Shown: positions 15,001 through 21,206 of the stretch, in pieces | Layout: each line of letters begins with the position of its first letter | Numbering within the stretch: the stretch's first letter is position 1 | NCBI GenBank assembly: GCA_043827405.1 | Contig: JBDRPD010000062.1 | Span: forward strand, 1 to 64,000 | Reading direction: 5' to 3' | Source of the DNA: Elusimicrobiota bacterium | GTDB lineage: Bacteria; Elusimicrobiota; Elusimicrobia; UBA1565 | Length of the DNA stretch: 64,000 nucleotides | Notes under the pieces: generated by a model | Databases searched by the model: none | Seen by the model: the letters and a program-made list of their open reading frames with translations, nothing else | Told to the model about the DNA's origin: nothing | Made by a program: the position numbers and the translations under genes

Positions 15001-16803
15001 ACGGTCAACGTGGGCGACTTCGCTATCAGCGCGGGCGGGGTGCAGCTGTCCTCGATCACCCTGACGCGCGGCGCCCAGGTCGCGGGCCGCATCCTGCTCC
15101 CCGACGGCAGCGCGCCGTCGACCGATGAGGTTACCGGGGTGGCGGCCGCCGACCGCACCTTTACCCGCTTCGTGGTCGGCGCCCTGGAGACCGACGAGAA
15201 CGCGCGCACCGTCAGCGGCTACACCATCACCGGCTTCGAGACCGGCGTGACCTACGACGTCGTCATCCTTACCGGCGAGGGCGCGAACGTGGTCGCTCCC
15301 GCGGAGGGCCAGGGCGTCTCCTTCACCGCCGCCGAGTCGACGGCCACCAAGACCATCAACCTGACCTTCGGCCGGGTGGCGCCCGAGTGCACGGCAACCT
15401 CCAAACATATCGGCAACTTCCAGTTCCAGATCAAGTTCGACTGCACCGAGCCGCTGCGCAATGAGACCACGGTCGACAGCGACCTCGACACCATCGTCGC
15501 CAAGGCCACCACGACCACGCGGGGCAAGGATTACGACGGCATCGAAGTGCCGATCACCGACCCCGACCCCAACAACCAGGGGACTCTGCTGGGCTCCGAC
15601 AAGCAGTTCGCCAACGGCCGCAAGCAGATCACCGCGATCTACCGCGCCGAAGACGGGGCCGACAATGTGGCCTTCACCTCCGACGACGAAAAGATCTTTA
15701 GCCTGCGGCTGACCGGCACCTTCAACGTTACCGATCCGACCACCGGCGGTGAGTTCACCATCGACAAGGTCTTTGACTTCTCGACGCGGCTGGCCTCGGC
15801 CAAGAGCGAGAACGTCTCCAATATGCGCGGCGGGCAGGTCAAGCTCGAGCCGACCGATGAAGACCGCGCTCGGGGCCAGGACGAGAAGTTCTCGGTCAAC
15901 GTCCCGCCGGGCGGCATGAAGAAGTGCCAGCCGGGCGACACCGACGCCGCGGGCGCCGCCTGCTACGACGCCGGCCTGGGCGAGGATACGACCCTCAATG
16001 TCCAGATCGAGGTCCGCAAATCGACGGTGAGCGTCGACGACGCGGAATCCGGGACCACGTCGGGCCAGGGCCTGGCGGGCCTGAGCGCCGCCGACATATC
16101 GCCCGAGCTGATGCGGGCGCGGGAGCTGGCGGCGGCGGCGACGGTCGCCAAAACCGAGCTCAACCCGCTGAGCGCCTTCTACGCCATCTTCCTGCCGCAG
16201 AATATCGCGCACCAGCTCGGCAAGCCGGCCGATATCACGCTCTCCTACGATCTGTCGCAGACCACGGCGACGGCCGAAGAGCTCAACGTCTACTACTTCG
16301 ATACGACGCTCGGCAAGTACCAGCGCGAGGATACCAACCGCCGCACGGATAGCAACAATAATACGATCACGGTGACGGTCGACCATTTCTCGACCTTCGT
16401 GGTGTCGGACTCCTCGCCGGTCCTGACCGGCGCGAATCCGTTCGGCGGCGAAGAGATTCGGGTGCACAACTTCCCGAATCCGTTCGACTGCAACCGCAAG
16501 ACCAAGAACACCAATAGCCTGGTGGCCGGCGGCGCGCTGACCTTCGACGGCACCATGATTCGCTACAGCCTGCCGGCGGGCGCCGCGGCGGACCTGAAGG
16601 TCAAGATTTACAATATTGCGGGCGAGGTCGTCCGCGAGCTGAGCCAGGGCACGCTGAGCGGCGGACAGACCTACTATACGCCTTGGAGCTGCACCAACCA
16701 GAGCGGCAAGACGGTCGCTTCCGGCGTCTATATCGGCCAGATCCAGTGGGGGGACAAGAGTCAGTTCTTCAAGATGGCCGTGATCAAGGGTAGCGGGCTA
16801 TGA
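1..16803 (+). CDS. Giant secreted multidomain surface protein (>=5597 aa, probably 5'-partial): beta-propeller-like N-terminus, Ca-loop beta-sandwich repeats, 2 LecA/PA-IL-like domains, FN3, PPC-like and carboxypeptidase-regulatory-like repeats, HFS motif, C-terminal T9SS-CTD/FlgD-Ig-like domain
   Basis: Frame is open from base 1 (GAC TTC CAT ATG) and there is no signal peptide at Met10, so the start probably lies upstream. Repeated (G/A)I.FD..G.LWV blades, many AFxDxNxNxxxDxxE motifs, and a C-terminal HNFPNPF...KIYNIAGEVVR...W...GKTVASGVY...KMAVIK. Confidence 0.9.
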   Translation, partial: DFHMGTGKVWASVNKYDEIRRYDNPFSTFAETASHEQARGAFYPHGVGFDTGDNLWVAVSTEPAAAQGYTTRLVRFATAGGGNVTASTDVTLTANLHDSNFFTFQPNSGHMWVANDHNNPGGEAAILKFTNTGTYGAPVFNDGNVTVHATLAQINAPRGIAFDTGGNLWVTSAEDKKIVRYNNNAGNIEVTISTSLVAVSSPLAIAFDNTVGDMYVSPLPEETPGEAALYLFKNIGSYATPFFSTAPFLLQSGIAISQMRFKGEELWGSTPFSSPSEIVRLSTGAPSMGPAGFGTIIGTVTYAGALSGYFKLAVSTDIRMDDVQIIPISSGSTGFIIPGVPAPSTYYMLGFLDENGDDMPSGREPLAYYSTGPSPSPAMTVFVDQDATFINADFQIMDLAVATGTITNASVQTGNMRVEAWIGPPNAAEQRFMLVSEPFGPSPSDYTLYFATGADLSIRAYVDANSNYQHDAGEDTDIFGPFAILTPGTTIGADITIAASAGGQALAQAFNIAPPNVSGNQYDVPFLRLLLWTDSGVAQLNTFRIGLKGSAPSGNVYAKVYRDTNQDGFLQPGPDPQLGSYWFSSGFPPSAEVNIGTETINTTTSHFLIAFDLTNVPAGNSIGASIEFPEDFVFGNGAMAVQSGLYPIESSTATVKTNVAANPANGGFGMPTASPIGGGYNTGLNVQTGQNVSIAASGNWDTGVYGSTWAAGIAGQYNGSAPLPGQVLGALIGRIGFNNWFLVSTGTAFTSNYSGDLYLAMNDDNYGDNYGAVSVEFGIQTSTAVRVWTGNFNNDANIPANWAGDQTPLPGEAIRFDGNNSVNWNIFGANVGLLEMATSYTGTIYLQGTQLHVSGDMRMEGGRFDMTSNSTLEVEKRLFVSSNAVFDMGSYNNSLRLSTQGVSVSDNGIFYAGANGGNLRIERLGSQNYEFGVGAGTITITRFGGSGWTYFDGIKQLDLSAQAVVNAFDHAAFGSPQPNPFPVLKLQSGTPVSTTFYNLAFGVNISTNVDASGAAAGSNFLFVDSTGSKFGTPFEYDPYGVVFWSPDGGGTAIASGTLVYTGNQPGNFEVLATTSPTNEPGALYYDYSTAVYTYQFASLPAPNTWYFFAIKDSDGDPGPTGFDARGGYLSSGSLRSEPVYLNNGDNIGGINIQLEDWGAIEGTITNNSDQVGQIIVAAYPDSNPNIFERWEPMPGEGLYTLHTRATDYSYVIAFIDVNGNEEYDTFEASGSVANVTVPQLSSVTAVHMTIAGGGAQAGGTGWVTATSAHPGYIATSGETGLLKLEIWAQGGDLNITAFKFSITGSTPPSSYNLRAYHDVNYNGIFDPMYDNQMSWLDLPGGVSSGTLVFAGPKYVATDSTETFFLAMDLNGQSGIDSLGLAMGASTYIGISQGSMADQPGTYPIVSGNASVSFAVPAYQWLNMPSQGGTGTGFYVASGQTLNITANGQWNINYSETTGPDGKPGTQGYGTILPDAQWGQLLARIGETAGGSWFKVGSSTQITAQSSGELHFGINDFDGDFFNNSGELYVAYSVSGSTQGAIEGTVTYVGGNPTGNLRVRAYKCDAGNDEDNSSCVAQSTYTVAVAAGQTQYPYSLSGLAPGEYYVDGDWSVDPGHYGNTYARFDVPAGSTKTGVNFELSLGVGSIAGNIIYTGVQNFGSFFVGASTVTDFESDVAFIGETTLAGPGAFTISGLLSPNTYYLIAFRDGNNDDEPNGPEPFGVFGNSDGPMRQLDTLFTPIFVDTAAAVTGKDITVLDRAGISGNVYLSTTVYDKIMITVAGHGPVGSPGYVAEAGNRQYINNASSGSSRWYEVGLLRPATDYSIFAFLDANDNGQYDGGEPFGQNNGPFPLYAGDNAYADVTVAGAQPPPQVLNFTGTALSSTAVRWTWSAAPAAISYQLVSAVSGVLQTVAAPATSYIDVLTPNTTSQIRGIRAVNGEGAGPEFQMSGPAIASFASQPSITGFPLIGQSSVTVTWSANSNSAPTVYEVSRATDSGGPFYTISTHTALSALHYGLAPNRQYWYRVTAQNQAFLYGAPSATSPVTTLAASGGSISGTISYAGGQKGQMKLTVHIASNPWSAAVATATLPNAPQQAYFIPDVSAATYFLQAWVDVNGNGIFNTGEDKGTFGGAGIPVAGVENAGNNITLSVDTVAPGLPYGLTTTLSAGKVDLTWQAPTSNANGSTLLDLAGYRVQRTTATAAGYTTLSTNTVFGATNVVSGLSFRDNSPIAGVDNYYRVRAVDYGGNQSQPSGAVSARPSAGGTISGWVSTFTATTGGLRVRLSTSPQRGTYQAQSTISPFSFAGLQDGTYFLRGFIDADNSGNQDAASEPSGTFGGIAEPFPISIINGNVVSSQTVTICDRTAITPGPRVSGGLVNSDCPARDAGPGRYADLYTFRVGGGASGSIAPGSNIHISMFGSFETQLFLLGPEGYVLRQNSDPYGAYLDLSVNQEGLYIIEAASFQRDVIGGATQYYDLDFFVSGGYQGQVIGNTAYSGSKSGQVHLQLYDNPSETNTYPFFVHFVPAVGAFTIPNVPDGTYYLRAFMDVNGNYVRDGSEPKGVYGLSSSSPTAINIYGGVAAQGSLDVTLADVAVGAVQGTVVRSGSKSGTIRVDIGRPRCSDCGDLEVVAFSSISAGAFAGGTSTYFLQFIAPATDYTLLAYVDSNDNRYPDALEAIGSSKPVTVIANSTASISIYVQDPGFGSAGNSTIQGTVSYSGSASTSPVFIGFATDPEFRSFPYITQLASISANGTQYIKSGIVGNTSYYIGSFIDINNNGEPDFEGDYIEPSYGSEDSPIFVPLSSTVVRNYTLEDPPSGRIQGTVTYDSATAVTTLIVETNSPSSQSEGSWRKILISKTAGTTTYAYTLNNLRAASDFQVRAFVDFNNNGMGDFGEPFFERATPVTVSGSSVTPTTGIDLFLRDIQEGGGGANIGSIQGWVDYTGGQFGQVRVQVYTTSTYVGAPRFDMIPSGGASPYYFDFQGVSNGTYYLRAFIDSNYDGILDPAYEANGKINGGGAITVSADAPLQSGFSGTMTDVGTATGGANSISGSVVYKSSTTPAKESSGTVRVTMFQLNQDGTQSPVRISTYAFPSPAGNPTAFSFTVDPGNYFPRAFIDKNGNYLPDVDEPIGSARTDGFYIPGEFAPADFDICDRGPIDTAPGVVTISTLTVADCRSSEREDRPYQKLFSFSGQRGQVMTIDMRATGFYDCYLTLFGPQGRRIDSDDEAGGSGNARIMNVALPTDGVYTLAAQAFAGGVTGAFELSFQSSAGELGSIAGEVTYSGSQGGRVVIGLFNNQSFDAPNAYVDGRDLDGAGPFAFDNLASGASYYIGGFIDANLNHNIDAGEDSAVFGADGIATPIYLRSGQSRTGISFDIQGTTETVGLAGITGIINYNGTLQGTLRIEFWGDATFSGRPVAVRAIATGAGPYDVSLPGGQPYFIRGFLDADGDFMPDPDEPKGEYGTGFAEPVYVPESGTVQDIDFELFEPGQREGQSGIAGEGTATLSISSVSPGNFISSITAHVVIGPAGINTGGVVAVGVPPGFPFPSISSDTWNPPGFINVPVIDNNPLGAAVALAVEQPPGAPGLVARVISGTLNAGATVQFQMHEVNVPCWLPDGRLEFFFATGSEGSTPPVPLFGGVPALTKGTPAASMFQFKDTYFTLTANTTGQATLQASGNCGGGGTAGGALASVQTSTDVFLQAKSYDYTTGNFSNDSTLQFSLISTGSFSSSLAVPFAVGMTSRTVYVKATSAGEKNIEMLSYLSGMYGSYMYAPVTVHAGNILSEVLVATTPFSVGKTSVTITPNGDRIADQAFINFRLTEQIGWQVMISSIPYKTGVDPNPIFQTWGWGQPTPGQILWDGRYSPWINNGNRVPSGSYYVRVDLGGVRDDSLRIDVQSTQLAGKIVDVGVAPNVPLAGVRINIYGPYGGGYQETDSLGGYVFPGLAAGDYKMNFEKFGYLIGNATITLNSSSVVQAGFKSQFGNITLSTTSAGKLNVGMKRAPALLVVPTISSTQSFESWGGLQVHNASFTRVFHGPLRLKAGTTTFDDGGQWDPTVQRFIEKTQIRFELQSDTYTIRAYLPGFEEISTTTFMGTSGQRTVTLAPFTQRGVIIASVTLPSNPGGVFISVNARSSSTAVQLNEGFGGEYLAPTVTQATIPVQGLQTGYYRVTANAPGYNRVEVASVLATTGTTVSIDMPDFADPNAGNVITGSVTVYGNTTGFNNIEPGVKLRVHVNAWAPGSQSFGSTNVVVAAGNPSSPKTPFVITGLVPGATYQVFAQLEYNGDVEGFESPGGFPKQVYINQALTRNAEGTLDFGFTATDGRINGSIVLPTGKGDFDNIAFFGKVVESVRPENVGRNIGQDVPSAAGLPGFACHIGGVHFSTKAADCTAGAVNTASFTVTGLNTETYEVSFYYATNGKSVKSRLPVVNHATTTASVDLRILDVRSSTYTISGSIINKINNTSFDTNQEIAQNAPHVPLRDVFGSLISLSQVGVAVSTASTARVIAIRQDYADYGVAISTTFDRVKHRVGFMHLGGSFTITNVEAGNYLVRTEDLRRCATCTIAVPRQSIRVVVTTFSRTGQDITLSDGYDVSGSIALANSIVDKSLFRLTVYNSRQEVVRSTAVSIGNAATGATANSANYTFGNLPSGQFYTLVVVDSSATAKYVGRPIKFPNPGLSPNGLQAALSGQNVTMQQAAYVTGKLKDEATGELIRAANATTLPPNFKISARANPWIEGGYVVAAASVSNRPIRGDGTFLVGPLYPETPYDVRLDQDKWDIAYLAQGSQNYSPVLIGGLKLRAGETKDQGTIGLNQGSSIKGRIVDVASTSTALGNIKVTAKPSFGALQLNVQTYTDPNGAFTLWVSTFVSPVYDLAIAPRGGNTAASGKVYKTLDLPSVAVTTNPINACAISTATICLTELLGSVTSQVRTSDGGVLSYPFGERKGFPAAAVFMQRRGILPKANPLGDIAAVTEGDGAFEILGLSTGTYDLKAVSLGYSVFTATVTVNVGDFAISAGGVQLSSITLTRGAQVAGRILLPDGSAPSTDEVTGVAAADRTFTRFVVGALETDENARTVSGYTITGFETGVTYDVVILTGEGANVVAPAEGQGVSFTAAESTATKTINLTFGRVAPECTATSKHIGNFQFQIKFDCTEPLRNETTVDSDLDTIVAKATTTTRGKDYDGIEVPITDPDPNNQGTLLGSDKQFANGRKQITAIYRAEDGADNVAFTSDDEKIFSLRLTGTFNVTDPTTGGEFTIDKVFDFSTRLASAKSENVSNMRGGQVKLEPTDEDRARGQDEKFSVNVPPGGMKKCQPGDTDAAGAACYDAGLGEDTTLNVQIEVRKSTVSVDDAESGTTSGQGLAGLSAADISPELMRARELAAAATVAKTELNPLSAFYAIFLPQNIAHQLGKPADITLSYDLSQTTATAEELNVYYFDTTLGKYQREDTNRRTDSNNNTITVTVDHFSTFVVSDSSPVLTGANPFGGEEIRVHNFPNPFDCNRKTKNTNSLVAGGALTFDGTMIRYSLPAGAAADLKVKIYNIAGEVVRELSQGTLSGGQTYYTPWSCTNQSGKTVASGVYIGQIQWGDKSQFFKMAVIKGSGL

Positions 16804-17753
16804 TGCGGCACCGGCTCCTGCTCGCGGCGGTTATGCTCCTGGCGGCGGGGATGCCCGCGCAGGCCATCAGCAAGAACGCGGGCACCAGCGGGTCCCAGTT
16901 CCTCAAGCTTGGGGCGGGCTCGCGCGCGGGCGGCATGGGCGAGGCGTTTTCGGCCGTAGCCGACGACATCCATGCCGTGTACTACAACCCGGCGGGCCTG
17001 ACGCGGATTACCGGCAGCCAGCTGGCGGCTTCGCATACCGAGCTGTTCCAGGACATCAACTACGAGTTCGCCGCCTTCGCCTACGCGCTGGGCCGCGCGG
17101 AAGACCATTCCAAACATGTCCTGGCCGCCTCGATCTACAGCCTGCAGGTGTCCGGAATCGAGCGGCGGGCCGAGGATACCAATAACCCTATCGGCAACTT
17201 CAATGCCGGCGACTACTCCTACAATATCAGCTACGGGCATTGGCTGAACCCAAGCGTCAGCCTCGGCATTACCGGCAAGCTCATCAGCCAGCGCATCGAC
17301 AGCTACAGCTCGGAAGCCTTCGCGATCGACGGCGGCCTGCAGTACCGTCCGCGGCCGGCCATGCAGCGTCCGCTGACGCTGTCTTTGGTCATCAAGAACC
17401 TCGGTTCGCAGCCTAAGTTCGCCGGCATCTCCGACCCGCTGCCGATGGCCTTCGTCGCCGGCGTCGGCTATGAGATCATGCCTAAGCGTTTCATTATCGA
17501 TATTGACGCCACCAAGTACCGCGATACCGACGCCTTCTTCGGCATCGGCGGCGAGTTCCGCCAGGAGCTCAGAGACGACATCGGCTTCGCGCTGCGCGCC
17601 GGCGTCAATACCCATCGCACCAGCAATGAAGGCCTGACCGAGGTTACCGCGGGCGCCGGCATCAACTTCCACCGTGCGGCGTTCGACTTCTCCTGGGTGC
17701 CCTTCGGCGTCCTGGGCAATACCTTCCGCTACTCCCTCATCCTGAAGTTTTAG
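16800..17753 (+). CDS. PorV/PorQ-like (UPF0164/FadL superfamily) outer-membrane beta-barrel, copy 1
   Basis: Signal peptide; N-terminal FLKLGAGSRAGGMGEAF...YYNPAGL plug motif; amphipathic beta-strands; C-terminal Phe (RYSLILKF); ATGA overlap with the giant gene. Confidence 0.85.
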   Translation: MMRHRLLLAAVMLLAAGMPAQAISKNAGTSGSQFLKLGAGSRAGGMGEAFSAVADDIHAVYYNPAGLTRITGSQLAASHTELFQDINYEFAAFAYALGRAEDHSKHVLAASIYSLQVSGIERRAEDTNNPIGNFNAGDYSYNISYGHWLNPSVSLGITGKLISQRIDSYSSEAFAIDGGLQYRPRPAMQRPLTLSLVIKNLGSQPKFAGISDPLPMAFVAGVGYEIMPKRFIIDIDATKYRDTDAFFGIGGEFRQELRDDIGFALRAGVNTHRTSNEGLTEVTAGAGINFHRAAFDFSWVPFGVLGNTFRYSLILKF

Positions 17754-17774
17754 GTCCTCTCCCGCCATTTATTT

Positions 17775-17859
17775 GGATAAGCCGGTATCGACGCTTGTCT
17801 TGACGAAGCGTAGACCGGGCCTAGCGCTGAGGAAAGACAAGCGTCGATAACGGCAAGCC
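17775..17859. repeat. Dispersed structured hairpin element, copy 1
   Basis: 16-bp perfect stem (17786-17801/17834-17849) encloses a 28-nt core (17804-17831) that is 25/28 identical to 46559-46586. Confidence 0.75.
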
Positions 17860-17960
17860 AAATTTCACGATTTCTTCGTGTTTTTCTGCATTAGGGGACT
17901 ATAGTATCGTGTATATTGGCCGAGCACTATAAGGGAATGTACTACCCTAAAACAAGCACC

Positions 17961-19484
17961 GTGAAATCGGTGAAGCTGCTCTTTTTTCCATTTGCCGCCG
18001 CCACATTCCTGGCGGTCGCGGCCGTGCCGTCGGCGCTGGCGGCGGCGAAAATCACGCAGGCCAAAGGCGTCGTGCAGGTGGAGGGGACCACGGTGGATAT
18101 CCTGCCGCATCCGCTCTACCCGGGCGACAAGGTGCAGACGGGACGGCGGGCGGCCGCCGAAATCAGCTTTGACGACGGTTCGCGTATCGAGCTGGCGGGC
18201 GACGCCGAGGTCCTCATTGAAGAGACGACCGCGCAGCGCCAGGCGCTGCGGCTGCGGCTCGGGACGCTGCGGGCCTACGTGAAGAAAGTCCTCCAGCGCC
18301 GCTTCGAGGTGCGCACGCCGACCGCCGTATGCAGCGTGCGGGGCACGGAATTTTCGGTGCAGGTCTACGCCGGCGGGCGGACGAATATTTCGCTGTTCAA
18401 GGGGCTGCTCGGCATCGAGGACAACCGCGGCCGCGCCATCCTGCTGCGGCCCAACGAAAGCCTGCATATCGACGGACGTGGAATGGGCGCGGTGCAGCGG
18501 ATTCCGACCGGCACCGAGACCCGCAAGAGCGGCCGGCGCCGGGACATGCGCCGCGAGGTCCAGCTGGACATGGACAAAAACGCTGTCCTGGCGGCGGCCG
18601 CGCGCGAGAGCAAGCTCGCGGAGTACCAGCAGGGCAAGGTGCTGGTCGATGTTCACGGCCAGCGGGTCCGCTTGGAGGAGTACATCCTGCGCCCGGCCCC
18701 GGACCAGTTCAAGCTCGTCGTGCTCAACTCCCGCCGCGACCGCTTCGACTACTTCTACTACCACGGAACGTTCAATAAGACGCTGCCGGACGATCTGAGC
18801 GCGGCGCTGCGCCAGCTCGGCGGCGGGCTCGATACCCAGCCCGGGTACTACCTCACCGGGTTCGAGACCGGGCGTTCCAACCTGACGGACTCGATGCGGG
18901 AGATCGCCCAGGGGGGGCATCTCGTGGACGTCAACGGAAACGCCAGCCCCGGCGACGATGTGGCGCAGTTCTTCGACGCCGGTACGGACTCTTACGTTTC
19001 GGCCGCCGGTCGCCGCGTGTACCAGACGCTGTTCGACCGCTACGGCTTCTATCTCAACGGCCGGCTCAAGTACGGCTGGACGGGCGGCAATATCCAGTCC
19101 TACGACGACGCGACGGCGGCGAGCACGACGGACCCTGTTTCGGGTACGGCACTGACAGCCGCCAACGCCTATCTGGAGAACTCGGGCAGCCTGGCGGCGC
19201 GCAGCGTCAGCTCCACGTTTCCGGACGGCTCGCGGCTGCATCAGCGCATCTACGAGTCCTACTCGGACGGCTCCTACACCGCCTGGGACAACTACATCAT
19301 CGACGATCAGGGGCGGACCGTGAATATCTCGGAGTTCTCCGGCATCCGCTCCGGCGCGGGCTTCCGGCAGAAGCTTCTCGATTTCAACTACGAGCAGGTG
19401 ATAACGGCGACGGAGTTCGGCGGAAGGAAGATCGATCTCGTGGTCGAGCCGAAAATACTGATTCAGTCCGGGCTTATCCAGTAG
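17961..19484 (+). CDS. Exported FecR-domain protein with an uncharacterised C-terminal domain
   Basis: Signal-peptide-like N-terminus; FecR signature GDKVQTG...ISFDDGSRIEL...FEVRTPTAVCSVRGTEFSV. Start uncertain (GTG 17961 or 17970). Confidence 0.75.
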   Translation: MKSVKLLFFPFAAATFLAVAAVPSALAAAKITQAKGVVQVEGTTVDILPHPLYPGDKVQTGRRAAAEISFDDGSRIELAGDAEVLIEETTAQRQALRLRLGTLRAYVKKVLQRRFEVRTPTAVCSVRGTEFSVQVYAGGRTNISLFKGLLGIEDNRGRAILLRPNESLHIDGRGMGAVQRIPTGTETRKSGRRRDMRREVQLDMDKNAVLAAAARESKLAEYQQGKVLVDVHGQRVRLEEYILRPAPDQFKLVVLNSRRDRFDYFYYHGTFNKTLPDDLSAALRQLGGGLDTQPGYYLTGFETGRSNLTDSMREIAQGGHLVDVNGNASPGDDVAQFFDAGTDSYVSAAGRRVYQTLFDRYGFYLNGRLKYGWTGGNIQSYDDATAASTTDPVSGTALTAANAYLENSGSLAARSVSSTFPDGSRLHQRIYESYSDGSYTAWDNYIIDDQGRTVNISEFSGIRSGAGFRQKLLDFNYEQVITATEFGGRKIDLVVEPKILIQSGLIQ

Positions 19485-20729
19485 ATGAATACGACACGGC
19501 TAATATCGCAGGCGCTGGCGGCGGCGCTCGCGCTCGGCGCCGCGGGCGTGCCGGCGGCGGCCCTGGAAACGCAGACGCTCTGCGACCTGCAGGTTCTCGG
19601 CGGGCAGTATTTTTTCCAGGGAGAGCGCGGAGCCCTCAACGGCAACGCCTCGGGCCTGTTCGCCTCCGTCCTGGTGCTCAATGACCGCTGGACCCTCGTG
19701 CCGTCGGTCGCCAGCCGCTTTCAGGGCACCAAGCAGGTGGTGGACCTGGTCGGGGCGGGCACCTTGTTCTCGCAGCAGATGGATCACCGGATCGGGGTGA
19801 AGGGCGTCTACCGGCGGCCGGAATCGGACTGGCTGTTCAAGCCCGCGCTGAGCTATTCCGTGCAGCTGCTCAAGGAGACGCTGGACGAACGCTGGTTTGC
19901 CGGGCTCTTCGACTACCGGATGATCGATTTGGGATTCGAAGCGGAATACATTTACCGGGATCCCTACTCGGTGCGCGCGGGCGTCGACTACGTCTATACG
20001 CATTTCCCGAACTATACATCGCTGGAGTCGCAGCTGGCGTTGGATTTCCAGGGGCAGCCGCTGGCGCGGGAGCTGGTGGGCGACAATGTGCTCGATACGC
20101 ATGCGCTGATGTTTTCCGCCGCGCTGACCGTTCCGCTGGGGCGCGGCCTGCGGGCGGAGAGCGGGCTGTCCTTCACGCGGCAGAGCTATCCGCAGCAGCC
20201 GGTGGTCGCGGGAACGGGTCTGCTGACCGGCGACAACCGCGCGGATTTAATAACAAGCTTTTCCACCGCGCTCGACGCCTCATGGAAAGCCGGCCGCGAG
20301 GTGCGCGTGGCGCCGCGCCTCGGCCTCGCGGTGGCCAATACCGTAGCGAACCAGAACAACTACGACGCGATGCGTACTGAGCATCAGCCGGGCTACTACA
20401 ACAGCACCGAGCTCAAGCTGGAGCCGGAGGTGCGGCTGCTGCTGGGCGATCCCCGGCAGCCCGTCGCGCTGCGCTTGGGATCGAGCCTGAGCTTCCGGCG
20501 CTATCCGCACCGCAGGATTCAGGACGCGTCCGGCACCTATCTCGACGAGACGCTGCGCCAAAACGGCTGGATGTTTACGGCGACGGCATCGTATCCGATG
20601 GCGCCGGGCTTCCGGCTGCTGTTTAATCTGCAGCACGGCAAGGCCTCGAGCAACCAGGGATTCGAGCAGTTTTACAGCTACAACTATACGGCGACGAACT
20701 ACCTGATAGGATTTCGTTACGAACATTAA
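19485..20729 (+). CDS. Putative outer-membrane beta-barrel protein of unknown function
   Basis: Signal peptide (AAA-LE); alternating-pattern strands rich in Y/F; C-terminal YLIGFRYEH; starts immediately after the upstream stop. Confidence 0.65.
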   Translation: MNTTRLISQALAAALALGAAGVPAAALETQTLCDLQVLGGQYFFQGERGALNGNASGLFASVLVLNDRWTLVPSVASRFQGTKQVVDLVGAGTLFSQQMDHRIGVKGVYRRPESDWLFKPALSYSVQLLKETLDERWFAGLFDYRMIDLGFEAEYIYRDPYSVRAGVDYVYTHFPNYTSLESQLALDFQGQPLARELVGDNVLDTHALMFSAALTVPLGRGLRAESGLSFTRQSYPQQPVVAGTGLLTGDNRADLITSFSTALDASWKAGREVRVAPRLGLAVANTVANQNNYDAMRTEHQPGYYNSTELKLEPEVRLLLGDPRQPVALRLGSSLSFRRYPHRRIQDASGTYLDETLRQNGWMFTATASYPMAPGFRLLFNLQHGKASSNQGFEQFYSYNYTATNYLIGFRYEH

Positions 20730-20738
20730 GGGGGAATA

Positions 20739-21197
20739 GTGGAAGAGTTCAAAATGTCGGAAGCGGACTTCGCAAACTTGGGGCGCTCCCTGCGCAAGGT
20801 GGACTTTTTCGCCCCCATGACCGTCGGGCAGCTGGAGATGGTCCTGCCTTATGTTCTGCTCTACCGTTACGGGTCCGGAGAGACGGTGTGCAAGCAGGGG
20901 GAGGAGGGCGACGCGTTCTACATCGTCCGCAAGGGCAAGGTGGCTATTTGGGTCAAGAAGAGCTTTTTCAGCTTTGCCAAGAAAATAGCCGAGCTGGGAG
21001 AGGGGGACTTTTTCGGGGAGATGGCTTTGGTTACGCGCGAACCGCGCAGCGCCACTATCACCTGCGAGACCGAGACCACGCTCTACGTGCTGACCTCGGG
21101 CAACTTCAAGTACGTGCTGCAGAAGAACCCGTCGTTTCAGACCGAGCTCAAGCAGATCATCGAGACCAGGAAGTTTAAATCCAAGCATGAAGGTTAA
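20739..21197 (+). CDS. Stand-alone cyclic-nucleotide-binding domain protein
   Basis: QGEEGDAFYIV and the phosphate-binding cassette GDFFGEMAL...PRSATI; 152 aa with no room for a CRP HTH. Confidence 0.9.
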   Translation: MEEFKMSEADFANLGRSLRKVDFFAPMTVGQLEMVLPYVLLYRYGSGETVCKQGEEGDAFYIVRKGKVAIWVKKSFFSFAKKIAELGEGDFFGEMALVTREPRSATITCETETTLYVLTSGNFKYVLQKNPSFQTELKQIIETRKFKSKHEG

Positions 21198-21206
21198 GCC
21201 GCTGAA

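Noticed and set aside
17775..17859. Hammerhead ribozyme or c-di-GMP-II riboswitch reading of the hairpin (CTGA-GA/GAAA, tandem GA)
   Set aside because: I could not build the required three-stem junction or pseudoknot in both copies.
17866..17880. CACGA-N5-TCGTG palindrome as a CRP site upstream of the FecR gene
   Set aside because: Orientation and spacing differ from TGTGA-N6-TCACA, and it is too short to support alone.
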